DNA from: Gammaproteobacteria bacterium
GTDB taxonomy: Bacteria > Pseudomonadota > Gammaproteobacteria > Eutrophobiales > Eutrophobiaceae
Direction of reading: 5' to 3'
DNA length: 64,000 bases
Assembly: GCA_965261165.1 (NCBI GenBank)
Contig: OZ253445.1
Location: 93,965-157,964 of the forward strand
The translations under genes were made by a program, and so were the position numbers. Below, piece after piece: positions 9,122 to 18,350 of the stretch (the first letter of the stretch is position 1; the number at the start of each line of letters is the position of its first letter). Below the pieces are notes generated by a model. It made no database searches and had not been told where the DNA came from. It saw only the letters and a list, made by a program, of their open reading frames with translations.

Positions 9122-10654
9122 TTATTCGAATTTCAGATGTTTATTTGCCAACCAGATTATTCCTAACACTGGGATACCAAGCATGGATGCAAAGAAAAAG
9201 AATTGTATATATCCGATATTATCGACAATCGAACCAGAATAACCGCCAAGTGTTTTTGGTATCAGTGTCATCAGCGAACTGAATAAAGCGTACTGCATTG
9301 CTGTAAATGATATATTTGTTAGGCGTGATAGAAAGGCAATGAAAGCAGCGCTGGCAATTCCTGCTGATAAATTGTCAACTGAAATGACGGCATATAGAAA
9401 AGTAATGTTATGCCCGCTCGCCGCCATAATCATGAATAGCAGATTAGTTAAAACGGTTAGCAGTGCCCCTATGAATAAAATCTTCATGACTCCGTAGCGC
9501 ACAGTAAGTAAACCGCCTATGAATCCGCCAAGAATGGTCATGATTAATCCAAAAGTCTTTACGACAGAGGCAATCTCATTTTTGCTATATCCTAAATCTT
9601 GATAGAAAATATTTGCGATCACACCAAGAACAATATCAGATATTCTATATAAGCCGATCAGTGTCAATAGTAAAAAGGCTAGCTTAAGTCCATATTGTCT
9701 AAAAAAATCCGCGACGGGTTCTGCATAGCTTTCCAGAATCATTTTCTTCTCAATAAGTCTGAGTTTGATGCATAACAAAGATGTCAATATAGCTGCGAGG
9801 GTTCCTAACGAAAGGCGTATAGACTCAATAATGAAGCTACTAAGGACGTGGTTCTTTAATATATTGCTTAAGTTATTTTTCCAGCTTGCCGTAATGTCAG
9901 CACTCAATTGGAATAATAAAATGAAACTGGCAACTGCAAATATAAACACAATAAATAACCTAACATAGGCACTGTTTTTGTATTGGTTAATTCTTAATAA
10001 ATTTTGCTCTGGTTCCCTAATGGCCAGCGTTGTGATGATGCCTATCAGCATAACCATACTCATACAAAAATAGGTGGTTTTCCATGCATCATAGCTGTAA
10101 GTGCCCATTTCCGACCCAAAATAGTTGGCAATAAATAGACTTCCTGCACCAGCCACGATCATACCGAGACGATATCCCGCAATGTATGTTGATGACATTA
10201 GAGCCTGTAATTCAGGGGCAGCAGACTCAATTCGATAGGCATCTATGACTATGTCTTGAGTCGCGGATGAAAAACCTAGCATAACCGCAGCTAAAGCCAT
10301 GATTTTTAGTTGTGCTGCCCCTGACGAAGGGTCGGTCAGAGCCATTAATGTAATAGAAATAATAATGGCAATTTGAGAGAGCAATATCCATGCGCGTCTC
10401 CTGCCAAGATGAAGAGTTAAATAAGGAATGGGAAGGCAGTCCGCAATAGGTGCCCAGATAAATTTAAATGAATAACCAAGGGCAGCCCAGCTAAAAAGCG
10501 TGGCTGTTGAACGATCGACTCCAGCTTCACGTAACCAAAGACCTAGAGATGAAAATATTAATAGTAATGGGACACCTGCAGAAAAACCAAAAAACAACAT
10601 AGTGATGACACGAGGATGTAAGAATGCTCTGATACTGCCTTGCCAGCTATTCAT
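9122..10654 (-). CDS. ampG: AmpG-family muropeptide MFS permease
   Basis: GFSAGVP, KFIWAP, GRRRAW, SATQDIVIDAYRIE and FTAMQYAL motifs. Confidence 0.9.
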   Translation of the reverse strand: MNSWQGSIRAFLHPRVITMLFFGFSAGVPLLLIFSSLGLWLREAGVDRSTATLFSWAALGYSFKFIWAPIADCLPIPYLTLHLGRRRAWILLSQIAIIISITLMALTDPSSGAAQLKIMALAAVMLGFSSATQDIVIDAYRIESAAPELQALMSSTYIAGYRLGMIVAGAGSLFIANYFGSEMGTYSYDAWKTTYFCMSMVMLIGIITTLAIREPEQNLLRINQYKNSAYVRLFIVFIFAVASFILLFQLSADITASWKNNLSNILKNHVLSSFIIESIRLSLGTLAAILTSLLCIKLRLIEKKMILESYAEPVADFFRQYGLKLAFLLLTLIGLYRISDIVLGVIANIFYQDLGYSKNEIASVVKTFGLIMTILGGFIGGLLTVRYGVMKILFIGALLTVLTNLLFMIMAASGHNITFLYAVISVDNLSAGIASAAFIAFLSRLTNISFTAMQYALFSSLMTLIPKTLGGYSGSIVDNIGYIQFFFFASMLGIPVLGIIWLANKHLKFE

Positions 10655-11091
10655 TCGTGAGATTTTGAGTGTTTGCTATGTTTATTAAAAGAAATCTGAT
10701 GTCTTGCAATTCTACTCGATATTTAAGGTGCTCATACACGAACATTAGCCCTTTGCTCATCTGGATTGGCTGAAGACTGAGTAGATGGTTTCTGGCAAAA
10801 AATTCCTGTTATGTGGGGATTAAGTATGACATACAAGCTGGATGGTATCAGAAGATACTGGTGATTTTTTGGTGGAAATAGTTCAAATTTAAGTTACGAA
10901 ACCTTTTTAGGGAGGCGTTTTTCACATTACGCCTTATTAAGGCAGGGCATCGTTTTTAGAGGACAGAAAAGTGACGATTTCCTCAGTCAAAAGAAATTAA
11001 ATAAATGGTTCGAAACCAGACCCTGCTTGGGATGGTTCTAGCCATAGTGATTCTAGTTACCAGAGGTGCGTTTTCTATATCTATAGGCTTC

Positions 11092-13221
11092 TTAATTTAA
11101 ATCTCTGGCGAGTCTAATGCCGACGTGGTCATAGCTAGTATCAGATTCCAGTTTGTCTCTTTTCGTATTTCTAATGGACTGTTGTGGACTGAGATATGCC
11201 CCGCCTCGAACAATTCTGTATGCGCAGTCGCCACCTTCCCAAACTCCATTATCTGTTGGTGCGCCTTTGTAGTTTTCATGCCAGCAGTCTTGCACCCATT
11301 CAGAAACATTGCCTGATGTGTCATGAAGGTTAAATTTATTTGCTTCAAACCTACCCACTTTAGATGGTTTGCGTGGATCCAAGCCTGTCTCGCATCCGAA
11401 GCAGTGCGCTCTTCCCGGTTCTTCATTATAGCCCCACCAAAAAGGAGAATCTTTGCCTGTTGATGCTGCATATTCCCACTCACTTTCACTTAACAAACGA
11501 TATTTATTATTGGTTTGTTCGGAAAGCCATTTTGTATAGTAGTAAGCATCATCCCACGAGACGTAGATGACAGGATGTGTTTCTCTATTCAGAGAAAGAT
11601 CTTTAGGTATTTTTCGATCTGTTGCTTTGGCAAATTTATCGTAATCAGCAAAGGTCACTTCGTATTTGCTCACGGCAAAAGATTTAATATTGACCGTGTG
11701 TCTAGGTCTTTCATCTGCAAAACGAGACGATGAAGAACTACCCATTTTAAATAATCCTGTTGGAATGATAACCATCAGTGGTGATTTGCCACCATTTTTT
11801 AAGTCGTCCTGAAATTCTTTTTTATTATTTAAACCAGATGATAAAGCAGGTTTTGCAGTTTCCGTAACAGCTTTAGTTTTTGGGGTAGCCTTAGATGCTT
11901 CTGCTTCTGTTACTTCTGTTACTTCTGCTACTTCTTCTGTTACTTCTGTTACTTCTGCTACTTCTTCTGTTTCTTCTGTTTCTGCTACTTCTTCTGTTTC
12001 TGCTACTTCTGCTACTTCTGCTACTTCTGCTACTTCTTCTTCTGTTTCTGCTACTTCTACTTTAGAGCTTTTAGAGCTTTCAGTTTCAACTTCATCCGTC
12101 GCAATCGATTCCTTGGCGATACTCTCATCTGATATAGCCTCTTCCAGTACGGGTTCTTCAGTTGTTGGCTCCTCAACGACCATCTGATCAGTAGTAATTT
12201 TTGCGTCGTCAGAGATGAAATAATTACCAATTGCAGCAGCAATGATGACGGTCGCTACTAGGCCAATAATCAGACCGGCTTTGCTTTTTTCAGAATCTTC
12301 ATCATCACTATCGACAGTTGCTGGATGACCATAAGTCTCAGGTCTAGGTTCTGCTGGTGCTTCAATTTTGATGGTGTTATCCATATCTGCGGTATCTAAG
12401 GCATTTGGGGCAGTGTTATCACCATTATTATCGTCTTCTACCACTGCGTCATCAGCGACACTATTGTCAGTAATTCTAATCACGACTGCTGTTGTGTTGT
12501 CTTGTCTTGGCATTGCTGCCTCTTCTACGGCATCCATCAGGGCTTTGGAGCATTCTTTCGAGTTGTCTGCCCAGTTTGAATATTGAATAATTTTCCCTTT
12601 ACTCAAGGTATCCATACCATCAGAGCAAACAATCAGCCTATCGTCGTGTTCCAATGCGAATGGTATTTGAGGGCAGTCGACTTCAGCGATGTCATCACCA
12701 GTAATTGCACTCATCAGCATATTTCTGGACAAGCCTGGTTCAGCATCTGCAGGTGTTCCAGCAGCTTCCATCCTATCCAGAAAGCCACCATAACTATGGT
12801 CAGCATTCAATTTTTTCAGTTCTTTATCGCGTAATAGATACAAATGGCTATCGCCGACACTAACCCATGAGAGTTGGCCTTCTTCAATGAGTGCCCCGAC
12901 AAACGTGCAACCCATGCCATCAAGGGCAGGTGTCTCTTTGATAGTCTCTTCGATCGAGGCATTTGCTTCTAATATGCTTTGATTCAGTAATGCAGCAATT
13001 TCATCCGTAGGATAGCCAGCAGTAACAGATTTATTGAATGCCTGAACAGCCATATTACTAGCCACATTGCCTGCAGCATGGCCGCCCATCCCATCGGCAA
13101 CGATGATGAGAGAATTAGTTTTTCCCTCAGAATCTGTAAGATTCGTGATCAGGAAGGCATCTTCCTGATAATCACGTGCACCATCAATTTGTGAACCTGC
13201 TATTTCTAAATGAAACGTCAT
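11092..13221 (-). CDS. PP2C Ser/Thr phosphatase - TM helix - acidic repeat linker - FGE/SUMF1-like (C-type lectin fold) fusion protein
   Basis: N-terminal RDYQEDA, VADGMGGH, VGDS, CSDG, DNTT; TM GLIIGLVATVIIAAAIG; C-terminal FKMGS, PVIYVSWDDA, RLLSESEWEYAA, GNVSEW, RGG, HVGIRLAR. Confidence 0.85.
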   Translation of the reverse strand: MTFHLEIAGSQIDGARDYQEDAFLITNLTDSEGKTNSLIIVADGMGGHAAGNVASNMAVQAFNKSVTAGYPTDEIAALLNQSILEANASIEETIKETPALDGMGCTFVGALIEEGQLSWVSVGDSHLYLLRDKELKKLNADHSYGGFLDRMEAAGTPADAEPGLSRNMLMSAITGDDIAEVDCPQIPFALEHDDRLIVCSDGMDTLSKGKIIQYSNWADNSKECSKALMDAVEEAAMPRQDNTTAVVIRITDNSVADDAVVEDDNNGDNTAPNALDTADMDNTIKIEAPAEPRPETYGHPATVDSDDEDSEKSKAGLIIGLVATVIIAAAIGNYFISDDAKITTDQMVVEEPTTEEPVLEEAISDESIAKESIATDEVETESSKSSKVEVAETEEEVAEVAEVAEVAETEEVAETEETEEVAEVTEVTEEVAEVTEVTEAEASKATPKTKAVTETAKPALSSGLNNKKEFQDDLKNGGKSPLMVIIPTGLFKMGSSSSSRFADERPRHTVNIKSFAVSKYEVTFADYDKFAKATDRKIPKDLSLNRETHPVIYVSWDDAYYYTKWLSEQTNNKYRLLSESEWEYAASTGKDSPFWWGYNEEPGRAHCFGCETGLDPRKPSKVGRFEANKFNLHDTSGNVSEWVQDCWHENYKGAPTDNGVWEGGDCAYRIVRGGAYLSPQQSIRNTKRDKLESDTSYDHVGIRLARDLN
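11897..12060 (-). repeat. Coding 9-bp degenerate tandem repeat (EVA/EVT/ETE units)
   Basis: Repeated TTCTGTTAC, TTCTGCTAC and TTCTGTTTC units on the + strand. Confidence 0.9.
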
Positions 13222-13415
13222 TATTTAGCTAAATTTCAAAAGTTAATATTTATAAATAGGTTAGTAATCATATAGATTTTTATTTGCATGCCGCTTCAAT
13301 ATGTTATCAGTTTCAAAATCTATCCAGTCACAGACTATAGTGTAACAAGCACCGTGAAGTGCTTGGCATCCTACCAGTGATTGCATATTTCACAAAATGA
13401 ATTGTTATTTTTTTT

Positions 13416-13695
13416 AGGGCCTGTCGATCTTTTGCAAGGGGCGTAAAGAATTTAAAAGAAGCATAAAGAAAAGGCAATCTCGTAAGATTTGTTTCGCCAA
13501 AAACAACCCAACGAGATTGTCATGCTCCGACAAATGCTCACTGATGAACAATGGTCGAGGATACGAACTATCATGCTAAAAGATCGCGTTTATAGCAAGC
13601 CTGAACACAGACATACAGCTGGAAGGGGCATTATACTGGATGCGCACAGGGTATCCCTGAAGTGTTTGGTAAATGGAGTAGTGTTTACAGGTGCT
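13416..13695 (+). pseudogene. IS5-family (IS427/IS1031-like) left end and transposase N-terminal relic
   Basis: AGGGCCTGTCGATCTTT end; ATG 13522 gives MLRQMLTDEQWSRI; frameshifted EGALYWMRTGYP and FGKWSSVYR. Confidence 0.75.
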
Positions 13696-13759
13696 TATGG
13701 CAGTGGCCAGTGGTGGTCTGCCCCCCCAGTATTTTATTATCAACTGGCGGTGAGGCACA

Positions 13760-13894
13760 TTGCGTCTGAATGCTTGATAATGCTAAAAGCACGCTAATTG
13801 AGAGGTTTTATGCTGTTCTGCGACGATTGAAGGAAAATTCTCGCAAAACGAAACTGTTTCGTGCAAAATTTTATAAAAATGAATGATATCGCCT
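13760..13894 (+). mobile_element. 3' non-coding fragment of an IS1106-like element
   Basis: Aligns by eye with 48812-48958 and with the reverse complement of about 32800-32930 (core GACGATTGAAGGAAAATTCTCGCAAAA). Confidence 0.8.
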
Positions 13895-13906
13895 GAGACC
13901 TTTGTA

Positions 13907-13942
13907 CTTGTGCCCTTGTGGGTACTTGTGCCCTTGTGGGTA
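13907..13942 (+). repeat. 2 x 18 bp variant of the 17-bp unit (CTTGTGCCCTTGTGGGTA)
   Basis: Read directly; differs from the 1416 unit by one loop base. Confidence 0.95.
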
Positions 13943-13947
13943 TAACT

Positions 13948-14264
13948 GTCGGAAGTGCGGCTTCAGCCGCGCAAGATAATTGTAGATGGCAGGACTTATG
14001 TACAGGGATGTACGGTATGCCGATTTTGCATGGAGCAAAAATCGGTTATGTACAGGGATGTACGGTATGCCGATTTTGCATGGAGCAAAAATCGGTTATG
14101 TACAGGGATGTACGGTATGCCGATTTTGCATGGAGCAAAAATCGGTTATGTACAGGGATGTACGGTATGCCGATTTTGCATGGAGCAAAAATCGGTTATG
14201 TACAGGGATGTACGGTATGCCGATTTTGCATGGAGCAAAAATCGGCAAAAGTCCCACTTCCGAC
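13948..14264. repeat. REP-like inverted doublet (GTCGGAAGTG-CGGCTTCAGCCG ... AAGTCC-CACTTCCGAC)
   Basis: Perfect 10-bp inverted termini at 13948-13957 and 14255-14264; internal hairpin GCGGCT-TC-AGCCGC; second hairpin GGACTT/AAGTCC split by the 50-bp array. Confidence 0.65.
13996..14245 (+). repeat. Perfect tandem repeat, 5 x 50 bp, each unit with two GGA-loop hairpins
   Basis: Unit TTATGTACAGGGATGTACGGTATGCCGATTTTGCATGGAGCAAAAATCGG, read directly. Confidence 0.97.
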
Positions 14265-14306
14265 CATTTTTTGAATGATGCAAAGGTCTCTGATTAGTCC
14301 ATTTTA

Positions 14307-14335
14307 TTGACAAGTTTATAGGTTTTTTCTAGACT
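14307..14335 (+). promoter_or_regulatory. Sigma70-type promoter for metZ
   Basis: TTGACA-N17-TAGACT. Confidence 0.7.
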
Positions 14336-14340
14336 CAGCG

Positions 14341-14397
14341 GGCATCGCCGATTTAATTCGAGTTTGCGGGTACCTAATTAAAGTACCGCTAAAGAAG
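14341..14397 (+). promoter_or_regulatory. Putative SAM-II-class riboswitch aptamer
   Basis: Ordered SAM-II signature GATTTAA...TTGC...TAAA...GCTAAA directly upstream of a methionine gene; P1 pairing is imperfect. Confidence 0.55.
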
Positions 14398-14400
14398 AAC

Positions 14401-14436
14401 AACCTGCTTTAGCATAAGCTGATTGCAGGTTTTTTT
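14401..14436 (+). terminator. Intrinsic terminator in the metZ leader
   Basis: AACCTGC-TTTAGC-ATAA-GCTGATT-GCAGGTT followed by a T run. Confidence 0.7.
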
Positions 14437-14502
14437 ACGTCTGTTAAGAATGCCCGTTAAATTTTTTTCAGTACAGGTTGCATTGATTATCTGGAGTTAA
14501 GA

Positions 14503-15690
14503 ATGGCCAAAATTGATCCAAAACAATATGGCTCAAATACGAACGCAGTCAGGGCAGGGCAGGTACGCAGTGCTGAAGGCGAGCATAGCGAAGCAATTGT
14601 GACTACCTCAAGTTTTGTCTTTAAGGATGCAGCGGAAGCAGCAGCAAGATTTTCTGGGGATGTTCCAGGGAACGTCTATTCGAGATTCACTAATCCGACA
14701 GTACGCACATTTGAGGAACGTCTAGCCGCTCTGGAAGGTGCTAAATATTGTGTCGCAACCTCATCAGGGATGAGCGCTATCTTAAGCGCATGCATGGCTC
14801 TATTGAAATCTGGGGATCATATCGTCGCCTCGCAGAGTATTTTTGGCACAACAGTCGGCTTATTTGACAATATTTTGTCAAAATTTGGAATCACGACCAC
14901 ATTTGTTGAATTGACAGATGATGAGGCATGGGAGATCGCAATAGGTCCTGATACAAAAATGTTGTTTCTGGAAACGCCTTCAAACCCTTTAACCGAGATT
15001 GTTGATATTTCTCGTCTAGCCGAAATTGCACATTCAAATGGGTGTTTGTTGATCGTGGATAATTGTTTCTGTACGCCGGCATTACAGCAACCATTTAGCC
15101 TAGGAGCCGATATTATTGTCCATTCGGCAACAAAATATCTTGATGGGCAAGGTCGATGTATGGGCGGTGCCGTACTTGGCAATCATGAACTTCTGGCAGA
15201 GGATGTCGTTAGGTTTCTAAGAATTGCTGGCACAACGATGAGTCCATTTAATGCGTGGGTATTCCTAAAAGGCCTAGAAACATTGAATTTGAGGATGAAA
15301 GCGCATTGTGAAAATGCGTTGAAAGTCGCCGAGTGGTTAGACCAGCAGGCAAAGGTGACGCGTGTTTACTATCCTGGCTTGCCATCACACCCGCAACATG
15401 AATTGGCAAAAAGTCAGCAATCTGGGTTTGGAGGGGTGCTGAGTTTTGAGGTGGAAGGTAGTCAAAAAGCTGCATGGAATGTCGTCAATTCGACTTCACT
15501 ATTTTCTATTACGGCGAATCTGGGCGATGCCAAAAGCACTATTACCCATCCGGCAACTACTACACATCATAGACTTACTAATGAACAGCGTGTTCAGGCA
15601 GGAATTAGCGATGGTTTGATCAGATTATCAATTGGATTTGAAGATGTTAGCGATCTTACTCAGGATCTGGTAGCGGGTTTGTCAGACTGA
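14503..15690 (+). CDS. metZ: O-succinylhomoserine sulfhydrylase
   Basis: YSRFTNPT, ETPSNP, VDNCFCTP, HSATKY and TANLGDAKSTITHPATTTH motifs. Confidence 0.93.
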   Translation: MAKIDPKQYGSNTNAVRAGQVRSAEGEHSEAIVTTSSFVFKDAAEAAARFSGDVPGNVYSRFTNPTVRTFEERLAALEGAKYCVATSSGMSAILSACMALLKSGDHIVASQSIFGTTVGLFDNILSKFGITTTFVELTDDEAWEIAIGPDTKMLFLETPSNPLTEIVDISRLAEIAHSNGCLLIVDNCFCTPALQQPFSLGADIIVHSATKYLDGQGRCMGGAVLGNHELLAEDVVRFLRIAGTTMSPFNAWVFLKGLETLNLRMKAHCENALKVAEWLDQQAKVTRVYYPGLPSHPQHELAKSQQSGFGGVLSFEVEGSQKAAWNVVNSTSLFSITANLGDAKSTITHPATTTHHRLTNEQRVQAGISDGLIRLSIGFEDVSDLTQDLVAGLSD

Positions 15691-15873
15691 GGGAGAAAGT
15701 ATTTGAATTAGTTATCTGGGACAGCCTCTAATGATTTTCGAAAGTGTTGGAAATTCTGAGATTAGGGGATTCCAAAAACCTTAAAAAATAAAGGACTTGG
15801 CTACGCAAGTCGCAAATATCGATGCCAAATACAACAGATAACCAACATTATATTTCAATCTAAAATTATTTTA

Positions 15874-16362
15874 ATGGAATTTAAAAAACTCTTTATCTGT
15901 TGTGCATTGCTCGTGCTGCTTTCTTGTGGCGAGGAAATTGACCCCAAGATCGCTTTTCAAAAAGGAGATTATGCGAGCGCATTGCCAATATGGAAGCTTA
16001 GAGTAGAGCAAAATGATCTGGAAGCACAAAATTTTCTGGGTATACATTACTTACTTGGTTTAGGCGTGAAACGTGATTTTTCTCAGGCAAAAAAATGGTA
16101 TGAAAGAGCTGCTATTGCCGGTCATCCTGATGCACAGAGAAACCTGGGAATGATGTATGAATCAGGACGTGGCCTGGCGAGAGATTTTGAGGAAGCATAC
16201 ATATGGCTCTATGCTGCGTATAGACAAGGACATCCACGAGCAGCAGCGAGCTTGCAATCTTTGGTGGCCAAACTTTCGCCAAACAGTAAAATCTTGCTTC
16301 GAAAAAAAGCGAGAAAATATATTAAAAAAGACGTTTTAGGAGCGGATGCGGATGATTTCTAA
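15874..16362 (+). CDS. Sel1-repeat lipoprotein
   Basis: Lipobox LLSC; AQNFLG..Y..G.GV and AQRNLG.MY..G repeats. Confidence 0.85.
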   Translation: MEFKKLFICCALLVLLSCGEEIDPKIAFQKGDYASALPIWKLRVEQNDLEAQNFLGIHYLLGLGVKRDFSQAKKWYERAAIAGHPDAQRNLGMMYESGRGLARDFEEAYIWLYAAYRQGHPRAAASLQSLVAKLSPNSKILLRKKARKYIKKDVLGADADDF

Positions 16363-16392
16363 ATCTTTGAGCAGGTTATTTGAGGCAATGAT

Positions 16393-18225
16393 ATGTGTGG
16401 GATAGTTGGTGCGGTTGCACAAAGAGATGTGACGCCTATCCTGCTTGAAGGCTTGAAACGTCTGGAATATAGAGGTTATGATTCTGCTGGGCTCGCTGTG
16501 ATCAATGGTGATAACTTATTTGAAAGGATTCGGGTAACTGGGAAGATAAAAGCTCTTGAACGAGAGATGGAAAAGAGTCAATTATCGGGAAGCACTGGCA
16601 TTGCCCATACTCGTTGGGCAACTCATGGAGAACCTACTACTGAGAACGCACATCCTCATATTTGTCGCGATCAACTTGCATTAGTCCACAATGGCATCAT
16701 CGAGAATCATGAGCAACTCAGAGAACAACAAGTAAAACTTGGCTACAAATTCACCTCCGACACAGATAGTGAAGTTATCGTAAATCAAATTCATGGCTAT
16801 CTTGATAAAGGCGAAGATTTGCTTTCCGCAGTGGTAAATACAACGGCGATGCTTAAAGGCGCCTATGCGCTTGGCGTCATTAATAAGAGCGATTCTGATC
16901 GAATTATTGCAACTCGAAATGGCAGCCCATTAGTCATAGGGATTGGTATTGGTGAGTATTTCATTGCCTCAGATGTCTTCGCTTTATTGCCAGTGACGCA
17001 ACAATTTATTTTTCCTGAGGAGGGCGATGTTGCCGATATCAGTCGAGATAGTCTTACTATTTATGATGCAAATGGTCATGTTGTTGAAAGACCCATCAGC
17101 CTGTCAAAATTATCCACGGAGAGTGCTAATAAGGCAGGCTTTCGTCACTACATGCTGAAAGAAATATATGAACAGCCAACATCGGTAACAGATACCCTGG
17201 AGGGACGATTAGATAAAGGTTTAGTCGTTGAAGATGTTTTTGGTCAGGTCGCGAGTCGTATCTTTGATAAGGTTAAGGCAATTCAAATTGTTGCTTGTGG
17301 AACCAGTTATCACGCTGGCTTGGTAGCAAAATATTGGGCGGAAGAACTTGCAAATATTCCATGCCAAGTTGAAGTTGCCAGCGAATTTAGATACAGAAAT
17401 ATTTTTGTTCCGGAAAATACTTTATTTGTGACTATTTCACAATCTGGCGAAACTGCGGATACATTGGCAGCCTTAAAAAAGGCAAAAGAATCAGGTTTTT
17501 TGAGTACTTTAAGTATATGTAATGTTGCCGAGAGTTCGATGACTCGTGAGTCAGAATTAGTCTTCTTGACAAGAGCAGGTATAGAAATTGGCGTCGCATC
17601 GACCAAGGCATTTACAACACAATTAGTTTCTCTGCTTTTATTGATTTTAACTATTGCCAGACGATATCGCATGGATACTAGCACTGAGAAAGAAATTGTC
17701 TCTCAACTTGAACACTTGCCTGGCCAAATAAATTCGGTATTTGAGCTCAATGAGCAGATAAGTAATTTGGCAAATCAATTTGCCAATAAAAATCACGCGC
17801 TTTATTTAGGACGAGGCACGATGTTGCCTGTGGCGATGGAAGGCGCACTTAAGCTGAAAGAGATTTCTTATATTCATGCAGAGGCTTACCCTGCTGGCGA
17901 ATTGAAGCATGGGCCGTTAGCATTGGTGGATAATGAAATGCCTGTTATTGCCGTAGCGCCAAATAATATGCTCTTGGGAAAGTTGAAATCAAATTTGCAC
18001 GAGGTTAAAGCTAGGGGCGGAAAACTTTATGTCATTACTGATACGAGTGCTGAAATTAGTTCAGATACGGATATAGAACTACTAAAAATATCCCCAGTTA
18101 ATGAATATCTCTCTCCAATCGTTTACACAGTGCCATTACAATTACTCTCTTATCATATTGCAGTTTTAAAGGGAGCCGATGTCGATCAGCCTAGGAATCT
18201 GGCAAAATCCGTCACAGTAGAATAG
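16393..18225 (+). CDS. glmS: Glutamine-fructose-6-phosphate aminotransferase
   Basis: MCGIVG, HTRWATHG, SQSGETADT and PRNLAKSVTVE motifs. Confidence 0.98.
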   Translation: MCGIVGAVAQRDVTPILLEGLKRLEYRGYDSAGLAVINGDNLFERIRVTGKIKALEREMEKSQLSGSTGIAHTRWATHGEPTTENAHPHICRDQLALVHNGIIENHEQLREQQVKLGYKFTSDTDSEVIVNQIHGYLDKGEDLLSAVVNTTAMLKGAYALGVINKSDSDRIIATRNGSPLVIGIGIGEYFIASDVFALLPVTQQFIFPEEGDVADISRDSLTIYDANGHVVERPISLSKLSTESANKAGFRHYMLKEIYEQPTSVTDTLEGRLDKGLVVEDVFGQVASRIFDKVKAIQIVACGTSYHAGLVAKYWAEELANIPCQVEVASEFRYRNIFVPENTLFVTISQSGETADTLAALKKAKESGFLSTLSICNVAESSMTRESELVFLTRAGIEIGVASTKAFTTQLVSLLLLILTIARRYRMDTSTEKEIVSQLEHLPGQINSVFELNEQISNLANQFANKNHALYLGRGTMLPVAMEGALKLKEISYIHAEAYPAGELKHGPLALVDNEMPVIAVAPNNMLLGKLKSNLHEVKARGGKLYVITDTSAEISSDTDIELLKISPVNEYLSPIVYTVPLQLLSYHIAVLKGADVDQPRNLAKSVTVE

Positions 18226-18350
18226 TTTTATGGTGGCTATGGCTGCGGATTGCGATACTCATTCAGGCAAACCCATAAAGAAATCCACTTTAGATTAATA
18301 TTATTGAAGAATTTGTAACTTAAAAAGCCAGTCACCGATGCTGTGGTTTA

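Larger units (their letters stand above)
13895..14290. mobile_element. MITE with IS1106-like TIRs carrying nested repeats
   Basis: GAGACCTTTGTA (13895) ... TGCAAAGGTCTC (14290); no transposase. Confidence 0.8.

Noticed and set aside
10690-11300. Diversity-generating retroelement targeting the FGE/C-lectin domain
   Set aside because: No template repeat differing at adenines and no reverse transcriptase seen in the window
13996-14245. CRISPR array or protein-coding repeat (ORFs 13918, 13955, 13986)
   Set aside because: No unique spacers; the 50-bp period keeps all three frames open as an artefact, with no SD or recognisable domain
18190-18350. Tn7 insertion at attTn7 downstream of glmS
   Set aside because: No Tn7-like end or tns genes; the site appears empty
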